Shown: positions 49,601 through 63,826, numbered from the stretch's first letter. The stretch is DNA of 64,000 bases from Phoronis australis (GCA_002633005.1 NMRA01000625.1:1-64000), one strand, 5' to 3'. Program-made: numbers and translations. Notes: a model not told the origin generated them from the sequence alone.

Positions 49601-52600
49601 GTCTGTGTATCCAGACGAACTATATCTGACTGCTACACAAATAAGCCTTGTTGGTGAGGATGCCCTTTCATAGGCAATGAGTCATGTGTGGACAATAGCT
49701 TATTTCCTTTCCTGGAAGAAACATGAGGGACTGAAGCTAAAGAAGACCTAGTCACACTCTGGTCTAGTTCAGAGTCTGATTTTGGGCTCAAAACGATTCA
49801 AGTGATATGCTGCTGTGTTTACCTTCAAGGGTCTAATTGTGGATGTTATTGAGGCTGAATGAGGTTACATGAAAGAAAGCCACGTGTTGAAACTGGACCT
49901 TTTTTACAAGCGCTTCTATAGGCCATTGAAACTAGAACCCAGTGAAATGAAAGCCAAAAGCTGAGTGACATTAAATTTTCCTTTCAGAAGAAAGGCTTTA
50001 TACTATTGGTAAAAACTTTTCAATTTGGTACAGATTATGGGGAAATGACATTCAGTGACTGCATCGATTGTCTTATTGTATGTTTTCAATTGTAGCTAGC
50101 TGGATAAGAATCTGCTATGCACAAGATTCGAGAATAAACAATTATCAGTGTATTTAAAAACAAATGGCAAACTGAAAAAGCACAGAAAGAAACAACATTG
50201 CGAGGGAGTCCATAATCAGGCATATCAGGTGCTGAATTTCTGAATTACGTTCAATTCTCTCAGGTTATTGCTGAAGGATTGCTTTTCACTTTGTCCAACG
50301 GTGAAATAGATGGTCAGGCGGTTGGTTTCAGTTGTTTTTTCTTGCCTGTAACAGAATAGAAATATTAGCAAATTGTAAAAGAAAAGACAAGACAAAACTA
50401 CTTTTGTAAGGCAGAACATACTTGACATTTCATCTTCATGTTTATGTGTAGAAACTAATAACCTTTGTACCCAAGTCTTATTTAATATCTGAATTAAAAT
50501 ATGTGAAACAGGCTAAAAGTGATTTAACAATGTGTATTTTTCATGACACTTAAAATGTGCTTCTGATCTCAACAAGTAAAATTCATTCTAGGTGTCAATT
50601 TTTCCAATGCAATGTTAGGACATTTACTGAATTAAGGCTTATTCATGTTAATTCGAAAACTGAGCTGGTAGTCCTGGGGGTGGGGTCCACGATAAAATAA
50701 GGAAACTCACTCATCTAGAGAATTTTATTGGAAACAGCATAGTTTTGAAGAGAAACTGCTGTGAAATAGTCACTCTTGACTTCTGTGCATCACGTACCAT
50801 ACACCTCTTATTTTGGGAGCACTGCCACCCAGGACAATATGAATATGTGCTGCTAGCCTACCCGGCATCGGGTGAGTTTCCAAAAAGAAACACTCAGTTT
50901 CACTCAATAAAACTGTTATTCAGTGGGGTAACTGGTGGGGATAACATCACCGAACGATGTTGATAGAAACTGATTGCTAAAAACTTACTAAGTAATGTTG
51001 TGTACTCTCCCAATGGAACTGTGCATAGTCATAGAGCACACACGGGGCTTCAGCATCCTCACACTTTTTGTCAGTTAGTTGACCCTGTTGACCGCAAGTG
51101 TCCACGAATATAGTAACCTTAGGTCTTTTGGGAATTTGTGGCCACCTGTCGAAGGCTTGCACCAGGGAAATTAGCAGTAATAAGGCTTAGCGCGACGACG
51201 TATTTTGATAAAAATTCCATCTTTTACCAGTTGTTTACATGCAGACAGCCACGCATGCGCAATTCAATCACCACTAGTACAGCAGCGACACCGCGAGGAG
51301 AATTCTCTGAATAGCCCCATTGTCAGACACGTTAGTCATTCAACAGCGATTGCAATATCAGTAACTCCGATCTCTTCAACTTGAAGACCAATGTCCGTAA
51401 GGTGAAATCTAGGGTAATTTGACCCGCCAAGTTTTCAGGCTTAACCGCCGAAAGTGAAGTTTGGATTGTAGACGGAAATGGCGGTCCTTCCGATAAAAAA
51501 GACGGACTAGTCAAAATCGGGAAGAAGGAGCATGTAATGAAAAATAGTGGGTTGTGAAAGTAGTGCCATTGTTTGATTTATTAGTACGCCAGTAAAATTT
51601 GCAGTGGTCATCAGCTTTTGAAGGGACCACCGTTATCGATAAATACTTCAACAACAGCGTAGAATGAAGTTCGAACCATATATTTTCGGAAAGTTGGATT
51701 TAACTTTTACAAGACAATTTAGCTTTCTATTTTTTCATGTGATATACATCTTTAGCCATATGACGGCTAAGTGAATACAGATTTTTAAAACTGCATCATT
51801 AAAAGGATTTACACTCAACATGACAGCGACTTCGGGTACAGCGACTCGGATTGCAAAACAGCAAAATGGCTGCCGGTCCTTTCCATCACAAACCCATCAT
51901 TTTTCTTACCCATTCTTCCCATTAGATAATCGAGTTTGTCGGCGTTTCAAGGTTACTCAAGCACATTTCTCTCAGTCCTTTTCATTTTTGGCCCGTGCTT
52001 TCTTTCGGCAGCCCCAGCTCCAAATAATGCGAATGAAAAGGCTTGATTTTGCGGATTGGTCTTGGGAATGTAAAACGCACTTCATTGAAATCATGACAAC
52101 GAGATGGACTATTCAGGAAGTACAAATTACAACGAAAAATTATTGGAATCGTAAAAGTTGTACGTGATATTCCAGGTATCAAATAAACTAACCTTTCCAA
52201 TTGTTATGAGTTCAGTTTCACCTGTCGTTCCCTTAGCCATTTCAATAATTACAGCGTGACCAGACTGGTGGCGTATCTTCTCTTCATCATGCTTTGTTTC
52301 TCGATTCTTCTCGTTGTCCAGCTGATTTCTGAATCCAGCTGTCACCCGGATGTTGAGGCCGCCTTTCGCTATTAGACTGCCGACGCACTCAACGAGGTAT
52401 TGGTCGATCCTAACAAAGCGCTCCTGGGTGAAATTCTTTAGTGTTAAATTGCCGACAAGTTTGGTTTTTTCATAGATTGACGAGTCAAAAAACTGGCTAA
52501 GGTATGGTTCCTTTTTTGGATCAATTTTTCCACACCATGGAATGTTCTCATCGCATCTGCCTGGATAGGCGTACTTGCCGTTGACGGCGAAAAAGCCCGG

Positions 52601-55600
52601 TCTTGACGCTTGTAATTGCGCCGTTGGGAATGGCACAACAAATGAACGAGGTTTGTTTTCTCTCTTGACGCACACCCAAATGACCTGAGGTTTAGGAGGA
52701 GGAGGATACTCGACGAAGTCAAAGCCGGCACATTGAGCAAGCTGGCCCAACTGAACGAGTTTACCTACGCCATCATTCCCTGTCAACTTGAGCCATAGTG
52801 CCCTGTAATCAGAAACGCATAGCTACAGAGTTTCAGTTTGAAGGCAAATCATTTGCGATGACTTAATTAACGCTTCGTAGCTTTGCGTTTGGTGAAAATA
52901 GCCGATGAACATAATCAGTGTTTGTCGATAAAATGGTTTGTACATGCGCATTATGCCTGGCCTCAAGCTTTCAGACACAACCTCGACACCTACAACAATG
53001 ATGTCGTCGCATTGCAACTGCAAAACTCTTCTTACCGAAAAAAAACTCTAAATCGCACGAAGAATTGAGTTTTATCCCATACGAGTATATCATTAGAGTG
53101 CAATACGATTATGCTTTCCGTATTCACCTCCCGCACTACTTCACCAGTGACCTATGACATGGAAAGTTCAAAAGGTAGGTCAATGTCGACTCCACGTCGT
53201 TAGCCGGTTCCGTCTTCAAACTTTCCGAAAATAGTTTAAAGTAATACAATTGCAGCAGTGTAAATAACAATCAACATGCAATCAGGTTCCAATCGTAACA
53301 TCTGGAACAAGACTGATAATTATATGACAGTTCTGTCTCACTCAGTTTTCAATTGCTAAATATTATATCGTCAGTAACTCAGGTGCCGATTCCTCGGTAT
53401 CTACAATGTAATACTGTTGTTATTTAGCTATTTTCAATAGATGTTACAACTTCAATGCACAGTTACCGTTGTTTTCATATTCGTTATCTCTTTTCAAGTA
53501 ATAAATCGTAACATTTAAAACTGTTTCTTCCGCGATACGCGGAATTATAATGTCTCGTGGGATATTACTTCATGCACACCAATCTCAGTGCGTTTTGTGT
53601 ATGAATTCATATCCATGTAACATCATCTGGCAAAGCGAAAAGGAAAGACAAAAAATGGATAAGTTCCGCGGAGCCGTTTTGGCTATAACAAATGGGGTTC
53701 TAGTCAAGTGAGGAGGCTTCGTAATAGTAAACCAGTCAAAATGTGGGGTAATAATAAACACTTTGTTATAGGTTACAGTGTACATGTACCCTAATCCAAA
53801 CATGATTCACCTTACAACGTTCAAGCAACAAGAAACTTCCATGTGATAAAACTAAACGTTTTTTAACCTAGGAATCGAAGCAAAGCCGTTCACGTCATTT
53901 ACAACACCATGTCATCCTTGTTGTCACGTGACTATGGGTTTTTTGTGAAAAAATGATTTTGAAACGCAGATTGCTGGGTAGAAAGTCCTTCCATCAGCAT
54001 TGATCAATTTATTTTCAATGAAACTTTGATAAGAAATTATCAGAAACCGTGTCTGAGCAAATTTTCCTAACTAGAGCCGATTTTGTAACCCAAAATGCGT
54101 TATCTTAATAGAAACCTATATGCCAGATTTCATAAAAATCCGTCAAGGACTTTTGTAAAGAGGCAAGTGTAAAAAATGAAATACTACCACCAGGGGGGAA
54201 AGCGGAAATATAATCCGCCAAAAGTTGTCGTAATCCCTAGTTAGCTTCATATAAAGATACATAGTTCCTTTGGTGTAAGTTTTATATGTTTTCTTCATAG
54301 CTGCACATCTACAAAAATTCATGAACGTCCTGCAAGGGGTTTAGGAGATACAACAACTGGGACACCAGGACCATCTCGGTATTGCCAAGATTGGTCAGAA
54401 GTAATTTAATTTATTAGGAATGAAAGTGTATATGAACAACAAAAGATTAATAATACCTGTCTCGGTGATCTGCTGCGCTTCTTCGAAGCGGCATTTGCTT
54501 GTTTGACGTTTGTTCTCAAGTGACTTTGTGATTGTTGTCAACATTTTAAGTGTGCCGAAATACGTATCGACCCGGTGTTGGGATTCAATAATATCACGAT
54601 TAATCTCAACACCCAAAATAATTCACTGGGTCATCTGAAGAACTGTACGTCAATCTAAAGGTCAGAGCTATTAGAATATTTTGGTTCAATAAGGCTTGCA
54701 AATGTTTAGATCCAGTACTTGTCAATGACCCGAATGCATGGTATATGACAGCGATTATGAAAGATGAATTTACATTGATTTGTACATGTGGATTCTCAGG
54801 GTTACATGGAGAGTGCTTTGAAGCTGTTCAAGCCTTAAATAATTTAGACAGCCTTTGACGCAACTTTAGGCTTCTTAACCGTCGGAGTGTATAAAGGGAT
54901 CCCTGTGGGTTGTGGCCAACCACTGCCCCATACCCCCTAGCCATTAGAATTGCCTGGTGGATGGCAAGAACTACGATTCTGCTCAGATGGACTGCTAGTA
55001 AAAATTGTAACTCTATGACTACCTGGAGTGAAAACGTGTAGGCATAATTAAAAACCTACACCAAATGTTGTTTAAGTAAACAGTTTGCGAACAACTCACA
55101 CAAAACATCTATAAATTGTACTCAAAGACGGACAGTTGGTTTCATTTGTAAGTCCATGGCCATGTAAATTTTGTTCTGTATTTTAAGATTTAGAGACAAT
55201 GCAGTGCACGATATGCTGTTCATAGGTTTACAATTCGCAAGCAACTCACGCAAGATGTCTGCATAGTGTACTCACTGCGCCGTACGATGGTGGGAATTTT
55301 CGTTTTTCCAGGTTCCCCACTTGAAACCAGCAGTCGCCGTTGGCTCATCCCACGCAAACTCAACAACCAGCTTGTTGGCTCCACTCCACTTTTCTTCAAC
55401 AAGCTTTGCCAAACGACGGAGCCTAAAAACCAGAAGCCAGCATTGGTGGACAATCACAAGACAAGACAATATACGAAGGCAATGCCAAGAAGTCTGCAGT
55501 TATGTTTATTCTTGCTTGTTTATCAAAGAGTCATTTAACACAACCTAGCTAAACATTTTATGAAGCAACGTGAAGTTTGTCATTCACATATCACTTACAA

Positions 55601-58600
55601 CAGCGATTTCTGTACGCAGATAAAACCCGATTCAGTGCCAATTGTACGTCGACCCATGGAACGTAACAATTACTAAACATGAACCAGTAGCAAAACAGTC
55701 TACCTGAAAGCTAGCCTGTGCGTCATCACACGATCTCTACAACGTTTGGAAGGAGATACATTAGCACTTCCGGTGTGGACTCTACAATCGATGCAGCTTC
55801 TACCTGGCATTCCGCACCAGGCGTCGTTGCGCTTTGGGTTTGTGAAGACGACATCGTTATATGGATAGTAGTAGAGTCTAATCAAAGAAAGAGAAACAAA
55901 TCAAGTTAAAAAGGCTACAGTGACGGTTTGACAGTAGGGATCGATGGTGTTGTTCACGGTGTTGACATAATGACAGCGATGGAATACGGCGAATATGAGA
56001 AATGCAATGGTGTTAAATGTAATGACGCCATGCAACTGTAGAGCGATGACTGTTATGATCGAGGGACGTGTAATTACGACGGTACGTGGTGAAAGTAACA
56101 AGGCAGTGATTGTCATCTGTTCGTTATTGTTTTAAAAAACAATAACGAACAGATGACAATCACTGCCTTGTTACAGTAAGGGGAACATTGCCCAGCACCT
56201 AACCCCTCCTAGTCGAAATAACATGTATAAACAGGATGATAGAAAATTGGTTTTGTCATTGCCGGAGCCCTTGGCAAAAGATGCATTCCTTAACATCAGT
56301 GAGGGGGTTTATAATTTCACAGAAACAGATAAATTGTGGCAGTTAATTTCATCATCTGGTGTCGAACCTCGTCTATCAATCACTTTAGCTTTTAGTCTGA
56401 AAAGCTCAGCAGTTTCAGTAAAAGTGGTTCTCTTTCATTTTGGGGACATGAATTTTGATCGGTGATAACGCCAATTTTAGAAACGGCCGCAAAACATCAG
56501 TAGAAGAAAATTTCTTAATGTTTCTATGATGAATGTTTCTACCCCAAGGTAGTCATTAATCAAAATTGCATTAACTGTCCCTCGTTTCATCTAGGTTTTA
56601 AACTGCCACCTGGTGTTGGATTTCATTGTCTCGTCTTGCAAATCCCTATGCTGGTTTGGCGCAACACCGTAGTTTTTCTCCGATTACTGTGACCTAGTTT
56701 TCGTTTGGTGTGACAGCTTAAAACTGATGTCTATCAAAAATACCACAACTGTTGGAAGTTTTGGAACTAGTTTTGAAAACCGTTTCAACTTGAAGTAGTA
56801 AAACGGGAACGGCTTATGCGCCATATTTTAGCATTACAACGTCAACTGCCTTCACTAGAACTTGGATTGTGGAAGAGAAACCACTGGATCCACGGAAATG
56901 AAAGTGGGGTTGAAATTTGTTTGGAATCTCAGGGGCGGATACAGGATTTTTAAAAGGGGTGTCGGATTAAGGATTTTTTTAAACTGAAGGGGGATCCATA
57001 TTCCCAAAACCAAGGGATTAAGAGGGGTCCGGACCCACTTGACCCCCTGGATCCGCCTATGTATCTAGACATATGTAATGTTCTAATGGACGTTTCCCAG
57101 AATTTTTACGAGGCCTCCAAGTTGAGCTACGTGTGATATCAACCAGTGCAAATAGTCAACAAAACCAAAGCATAAGTACTACAAACAGTAATTTACGTAA
57201 ACTTTGGCCTGCTGTGAATTAGGATGGATCAATGCAGGCAGTGGTGTATTTGTTCAGACATACATCTTAAAGTCTTTTATTAATCATAGAACAGGGCTAC
57301 GTTTTTGTGCAAGAGTGGCGACAAAGCTGCGATAAATTGGTGACAAAGCTGTGATGAAATTCTTGATTTTTTTTCAGTACAAAGAGGCTAACACAACAAT
57401 CTTTCATTTTTTAGAGTTAGGTCAATAATACGAAACCAATGTTAAAATTCGTGACGAGTCATGAACACACCTCAAGAACATTTGCCTGATTGATACATAC
57501 AGTCACTCTTAAGCAAGATTTGAAACCCTATATTTTGCCTAGCAATGAGTAAAAGATAAATCCCGCATCATTTTGCAAACCTCGGTTGGATTATCGTTTG
57601 TGAGCATACCGCAACACCGAAACGATTTGCGAAAACAACGCACACCACAGCTAACTATGCCTTTTTACCTTATACAGAAATTGTGGCCATTATAATTTAT
57701 AATTATGGTTGTCAAAGTGGTTATTATGACTGCAGCCAAGACGACAGAAATGGCGACAACGATAATGAAAAGATATTGCATGGTAGAATGCTTGTCTCAT
57801 TATCTTGAACGGCATCGTATTTTCATATCTCACAAAACGAAAAATGTATTCCAACATTATTTTTGCATTTCTTTTCACTTGCCCTTTGAACTGTCGCTTG
57901 TGGTAGCGGGTGATGGGGATCCCTATCTTGCCGCAGGCACTGTCCATTGTTGCTCCTTTGGGCCGCTGCATGCCGCGAAGGAGTTGCGGAAAAAAGGTAA
58001 AGAATTTGTTGCATTCGGCCACAGAGATTCCAGCAGCGTACGCTGAAAGACAAACGTGCAATTAAGCATAACGTGTTTGCACTGTGCGAGAAATAGTATT
58101 GCGCAACAACTCCTGTCTCCAGCAGCTCTTTGTTAGCCTACTCCCTAGCTATAAAACTATGTCCAATGTCTCCTTGAAATTACCCAGTAACGCAGTTTTG
58201 TGTATTTATACAAGAGCAACGCAGAGCGTTGAAATGCGCCCACAATTGCACCGTATACTGTATCCTTCTAGGGTTGTTTATTGGTACCATAAAGTGGCCA
58301 GTAGAGGGCATATATGTAGTATGTTGTATTTTGCAAAATGGAAAGGCATGGTCATTGTCTCCTCAATAGGCTAGGGGCAAAATGTGAGTGATCTTCATAA
58401 TACAAGCACATCCTATACATCAGTTGCTTAAAGCACCACAGAAACATAGAATTAAAAACAAATTTACCAACATACGAGATTAGCACAGCATTAGAATACA
58501 AGAAACAAATTTCTACTTGGAACTTTTCCTTCATATTCACGAAGTAACACAAAGTATACACCTGAAGACCTATGAAAATACAGAGGTCAATGTAAAATAC

Positions 58601-61600
58601 TGAAATGCCACTAGAGGCATACCGGTAGTCAGAATCATCCTAAAGTCGTCATCGTCCGTTGTCAACATCACATAAATACACTTGCTAAATTTAGTAAAGA
58701 TCCTGCAAACGGTTTGGGAGATACAGCCATGGGCACAAAAACAACTGCCACTAGGAGGCGCCACAGTAATCAAAGTCATGGGAAATTCAGCGTCAATCGT
58801 CCTCTTCATAGTAAGAACATACATGCCAATTTTCACAATCATACTTATAGCGGTTTGGTTGATAGAGGGGTGGATGCCAAAAAACAGACTCAAAAACAGT
58901 AAAAATGGCAACTGGGTGTCACAAACTAGGTCGAATCCACTAATCCGAAAACAGGAGGATAGCGTCATCGCACTAATAGGTGCCTACAAACCAAATTTCA
59001 TGAAAATCCGTTAAGGACTTGTGAAGATACAGAGGTAAACGTAAAAAAATAAAATTGCCACTAGGGCGCACACAGGTAGGCGGATCCGTCCAAAAGTCGT
59101 CATCGTCTGTTGTTAACATAATATAAATACACTTATTAAATTTCGTAAAGATCCTGCGAACGGTTTAGGAGATACAGCCATAGGCGCAAAAAAGTGCCAC
59201 TGGGAGGTGCCACAGTAGTCGAAATCGTCGGAAAATCATCGTCATACATCGTCTACATAGTAAGCATATACATGCCAATTTTCACAATCATCCTTTGAGC
59301 GGTTTGGTTGATAGAGGGGTGGACGCACAAAAACAGACTCGAAAACACTAAAAATGGCCACTAGGTGGCGCAAACTTTGTCGAATCCATCTGAAAACGGG
59401 AGGATAGCGTCATCTCACTAATAGGTGCCTACATACCAAATTTCATGAAAATCCGTTCAGGACGTTTGAAGATACAAAGGTAAGCGTAAAAAATTAAAAT
59501 TGCCACTAGGGGGCACACCGGTAGTCAGATCCGTCCGAAAGTTCGCACATGCCGTCCCATTTATGAATGGAACATATGTGCCAAATTTGATGAACGTATG
59601 TCAAAGGGTTTTGGAGATAGAGTAGCGGACGCCGGACGCCGACGCCGGACACCGGACGCCGGACGCCGGACGAAAGCCGCCCGGACGGACGGACGGACGG
59701 ACGGACGGAGATGACGGCATAATGCGTCCACGTATAAATATGTGGGCGCATAAAAAATGCAGACAATATTGAATCAAGTAAAATCGGAATCTACTCACAC
59801 TGCATAAGCAATGATCAAGCAACAAATAGGGAACACTTCATAAATCTGATTCTCACTGTACTCATTCAATTTTGCTCTAGTTTGAAACTGGTCAGTTATT
59901 GATGCCGAATGTTTAGCCAGGCAGACTCTGAGGCCGTCTACATCTGCTTTCATGGCAAAGTCCTTCCCCCATATCAGGTTTTTCATGGTAAGCCATCCAA
60001 AATGAATTGGAACGTTTAGCACTGAGTAGAGGGCACGTCATTTGACGCAATTCATCACGTGACCCTGCTAGTCCTCGGACCGCCTGCGGACTAATCACTA
60101 CACATGATTTCGACACTGGCGTCTGTACTCGAAATCGAAACTCGAAATTATTTTTGACATTTTTCATTTTACTTAAATATTAACTTAAATGCCCATTATT
60201 TTATGCTGGGTGACTATCTAATCCTATTTTGAGCCTGATGATGCTTCCTCAAAACTACAAGTTCGACGGAACTAGAAATCTCGACTTTATACAAGAGTTT
60301 GTAGTTTCAATCAAGGGTCTTCTATTTTGAACTTGGACGAAAAATTAATGTGTACAAATAGCAGACACTGATCTTGAGTTAACTCACAATGTAAAACAGA
60401 AAATATCAAAAATATTCTCGAGTTCGATTTCCAGTACAAAGATTAGACCTTAAGCCCAAACCAACAATGCCACCTTGTGGAATTTCCTGGGGGTTGACCC
60501 TTTTTTATATGTCCCATTACATAACTGCCGGGCAGATTTATGCCTCTAAAGTTGCAACAAACTCACTTGAATTGATTAAAGTTGCAAAGTGAGTGTTCGC
60601 CGGGGTTACTCCAGTTATCCACGAACCATGCTTTACACCAACATGCACGTAATCTGCGTAAATCTTGACGTAGTCAAACTCCGCCATGATAGCCATTTGA
60701 CCAAGTTTGCGCATTAGTCCTGCATCCTTATCTTCACTCGGCATTGTGGTGAACTTGTAATTCATTTCGTCATCCGATAGTTTTCTAGAGATGGCTATCT
60801 GGGCGGCTCTACCTTCTTTGTGGATGGAATTCCATGCAAACTTTCCCCAGTTGCTTCCTTGGATGGGGTTCAGCTCAGTCGGCTCGTCAAATGCATTAAT
60901 AACCATCAGCTTCCCTTTGAGAAAGTCACGAAGTCAGTGTAAGCGCTTTTTTGCATTGAGTTGCGTACTAAGATAATTTTGTTGAAATAGTGACAGACTA
61001 TCAATATTAATAGCATAAATCAAATCAGCTCTTTGTAAAGCGTTCCTAACCATGGAAAATAGTCAGGGTTACCAATTGTAAACGAGAAGCCACTTACGGT
61101 TTTTCAATCGAGGGTCTTTCATTACTAGTTCTGCAAGAGATTTGATTGCCTCCGACATGTCTAACGACATGTGACGATCAGCGCATATTTTGGGCTTTGT
61201 ATACCCGGCGACTTCCTTGCGACAGTCCGTACAAGGGTAGTTCAACGATCCACACCATTTCTGTGTATGCTCCTCGTTTTTGAACAGGATCTTGTTGGAT
61301 TTCAGCTGGATCATTTTTCTGGAATAGGAATTATACTCTAGCTTTGATTTCTTGATGGTGGAGTAAGAAAGCAAAAACGCCAATAATGCAGTGCTGAAGA
61401 ACCACAGGAAATGGTATGCTTTCATTTGCTTCAAAATGTACATCTTCACTGGAGTTATCAGCTACGACTTTTGAATTTTTGCGGCACCTGCTGGCAGGTG
61501 TCACCACTAAAATATCACGTGCACATGGTCCAGTCTTTATGAACGACAACATGGAATATAAACAATAAGACTAAACAAGAGTAGTAAAGATAAGTTGACT

Positions 61601-63826
61601 TAAATACGTTGGTCACGCAGGTGATTAAAACCGAGCATTCAGTGAATGGAGTCGAACCCCCGTCAGCGCAAACCCATTATACCCACGCAACCGAGAGTTT
61701 TTGCAACTGAATTCACCCATACATGCTTAACTAATTCATAAATTGTACAAACGTCCATTTATTTGTTTTATTTTGTGTTAGTGATAATGACGACTAAAAG
61801 TATTACTGTCAGTATTTCGACAGAATTGTTTTCAGTAGATGTTTTTGAACAATCAAAACATTTGTGCGTGTATGGCGCTTCATCTAAATTTTGAGTGAAC
61901 TTCACTAGTTCATGTAACGTAAAAAAGGCACATCCTATCAGGATGATAAAAATGTTCTTCTACATCAGGTAGACTTATACCGAAGTCACCCGACTCTACA
62001 AAAAGTGAAAAGTAAGGATATCAGTGGTAAAAACAAAACGATGTCGCCTATCAGCGTCCAATTTCTCGCTCATCGAGGTTTTATCCTCTTTGGCGTTTTT
62101 CGCTAAGACTAGAGAAAGGTCAACGTGGTTGATCCGTCCATTGCAATTGGGCACAAACTAAAATTGCACAATTTTTGAATGTGTGTGGCACACGTCAAAC
62201 TGTACAATATTGCGTTGAATAGCATTAATGAACATATCAGAGTGTCCATGGGTGCTTTACTTTAGTTGCCAAAATTTAATCCATTCGATAAACCTTTAAA
62301 TACAATCCAGGTTGCACTGGGGCTGTAAAAAAATACCTTGACTTGATGACATCTTATCGTACGATCAGTTATACAGCTTAAATTACGACTAACTATTTTA
62401 TCATACTTACGGTTTAATTACGACTACTGCTGTGTCAGTTTACAACTTACGAGAAGAATTCATTGTAGCTCCTCTCCACCTGTCGGATGATTTTACCACA
62501 AGCTTGCTCCGGTGTTTTGTCTGCATTTAACTCTGCAGCGCCGGTCAGTTGGACAAAGCAACACGTCGTCTCATCCACAGCGTCTTGGCACAAAGCAAAT
62601 TCAGTCGCTTTTCTAAGCTGGGTATTTGTGGCCATAGCAGGGTATAAATTGCCCCACCTGTGGGTAAGTAAGGAAAAATGAAACCACCAAAACAGCACAT
62701 TATTCTTCTCAATACCGTGTGAGGGCGTATTAGGTCAGTGGTAAGGACGGGAAGACTGCGCTACCTTTTGAAATTTGTATATGCATGCTTACAAACGATA
62801 GAATGCGTTTTTTCAAAATCATTCTAATCAACTGCTCTACATAGACGCGCACGTGCCCAAGACCAACTTACAGGTAAGGACGGTTGATTTTCCCTTGCAT
62901 ATGCGCATGCGCTAAGCTGAGTGTTTTTAGTGTTTTTTTACTTGTTAATACTTCCCATTCAATAATTAAAAACACACGTTAGTTGCTTCATTTTGGGACA
63001 GTTTGGCTGACTATGAAATGCGTTCAGTTTTATTCAAGTGTGTCACATAAAGGCACATGCGCATCATTTCTCATTGATGCGCAGCGCCACATTTTGGCGC
63101 ACTGGTATGAAAAGAGCATCTTGTTTTGCCCTGCAACATAGCTCGTGGCGTAGCCTGAGCAAAATAAATTACGATAAACGTTCCGTGAAGATATTCGACA
63201 TTAACACACAACATGAACAACGAGTAGAGCAACTTGATATGCACCCATTGTGTGCTTGCAAACAATGCAGAAACAACAGGAGATTGTTATTTTAAACAAT
63301 TCCACTTAACGAGCGATGCTAATACATTTAGTAATAGGCACTAAGTGGAGCGAAGTAAGTCAGAAATAGTGATTCTTGGAGTATAGGGAGGCGGACGGAA
63401 AAGAACATAAAAACAATTGAAAGTCCACAGGTCAAATGAACAGATGCTGTTGTTTACGTGATAGTAACGTATTTGCAAAATCAACGAACTTGGTGGATAT
63501 CAAGACAAACTCAAAAAACTGCCACCAGGCGACTTTGCATTAATCTGAATTATCCCAAAACCCACGTCAGTTGTACCACATATATTAATACTTGTACATC
63601 AATTACCTCATTTTCAAACTACAGCACCACACCATGATGATCGGGTTTTCCAATCTGAGTAAACATTTTTAAAATTATTAAGTCTTACCAGAAAATCTTG
63701 CCCAGTACTTTGTACTCTAACGACGACAGAGAAACGTCAGAGGACAACCATAAATCGTGAGTTGGTCGCGTGCAGACTGCTCCGTAACCGTAGATGTAGG
63801 TCGAAAAGTCGACTGTCTGCGACAAT
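31365..63826 (-). CDS. Copy B (tandem paralog), exons 8-21; 5' exons lie beyond the window end
   Basis: All internal exons have the same lengths and phases as copy A, with intact splice sites and no in-frame stops seen. Confidence 0.85.
34322..34509 (-). CDS. Copy B exon 20
   Basis: 188 nt, same splice sites as copy A. Confidence 0.85.
35828..36031 (-). CDS. Copy B exon 19
   Basis: 204 nt, donor gtaagt. Confidence 0.85.
37143..37345 (-). CDS. Copy B exon 18
   Basis: 203 nt, same splice sites. Confidence 0.83.
37755..43397 (-). mobile_element. Decayed RNase H-containing non-LTR retrotransposon (I/Ingi-like group), possibly with nested DNA, 11-bp TSD
   Basis: TSD agtagttctgt at 37744-37754 and 43398-43408. 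APE motifs CNIRG, DILLFQE, IAGDYNA, LNSGEPT, CIDL, GSDH; RT motifs APGPDG, PKPGK, FADD, LGVELDRRLNF; RNase H motif WSFVPGHAG. Frameshifted; absent from copy A. Confidence 0.9.
43881..43977 (-). CDS. Copy B exon 17
   Basis: 97 nt, same splice sites. Confidence 0.82.
44066..44808 (-). repeat. Inverted copy of intronic interspersed repeat found at ~9812-10372 and ~53070-53600
   Basis: Reverse-complement match, e.g. cccacgagacattattccgcgtatc, gtcgagtcgaca, gtgcgggaggtgaatacgg. Confidence 0.8.
44809..46675. repeat. About two tandem ~0.9-kb units, each with a long imperfect palindrome and a tRNA-like head
   Basis: Palindrome atagattatta..tctagagccc..gtggatt / aatccac..gggctctaga..taataatctat; single N at ~45766. 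Confidence 0.75.
46432..46503 (+). other. tRNA-derived (SINE-like) remnant with Pol III A and B boxes
   Basis: TGGTGTAGTGG (A box) and GTTCGACTCC (B box); no convincing cloverleaf; more decayed copy at ~45506-45570. Confidence 0.45.
47331..47532 (-). CDS. Copy B exon 16
   Basis: 202 nt, same phases. Confidence 0.85.
47809..51318. mobile_element. Decayed ~3.5-kb TIR DNA transposon, ISL2EU-like
   Basis: TIRs ggggctattcggaaaat / attctctgaatagcccc; AT target duplication versus the empty site ctaattgtc at ~8101; SAP-like remnant LRLRKKGASMKGSKHDLIQR near 47935-47992. Confidence 0.7.
52193..52802 (-). CDS. Copy B exon 15
   Basis: 610 nt, about 5 aa differences from copy A. Confidence 0.9.
55276..55422 (-). 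CDS. Copy B exon 14
   Basis: 147 nt, same splice sites. Confidence 0.87.
55704..55877 (-). CDS. Copy B exon 13
   Basis: 174 nt, acceptor gattag|A. Confidence 0.85.
57883..58042 (-). CDS. Copy B exon 12
   Basis: 160 nt, GC donor retained. Confidence 0.8.
58210..59753 (-). mobile_element. Helentron-associated non-autonomous element (HINE / DINE-1 / pearl-like)
   Basis: Sub-terminal inverted repeat atgcgcccaca / tgtgggcgcat, (CCGT)n microsatellite, internal tandem core repeats (~58560-59560), terminal hairpin caacgc-aga-gcgttg, T-rich target; absent in copy A (~15365). Confidence 0.8.
60567..60914 (-). CDS. Copy B exon 11
   Basis: 348 nt, donor gtgagt; protein similarity to copy A stops at the donor. 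Confidence 0.88.
61098..61318 (-). CDS. Copy B exon 10
   Basis: 221 nt, same splice sites. Confidence 0.88.
62451..62657 (-). CDS. Copy B exon 9
   Basis: 207 nt, same splice sites. Confidence 0.85.
63689..63826 (-). CDS. Copy B exon 8
   Basis: 138 nt, same splice sites. Confidence 0.8.
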
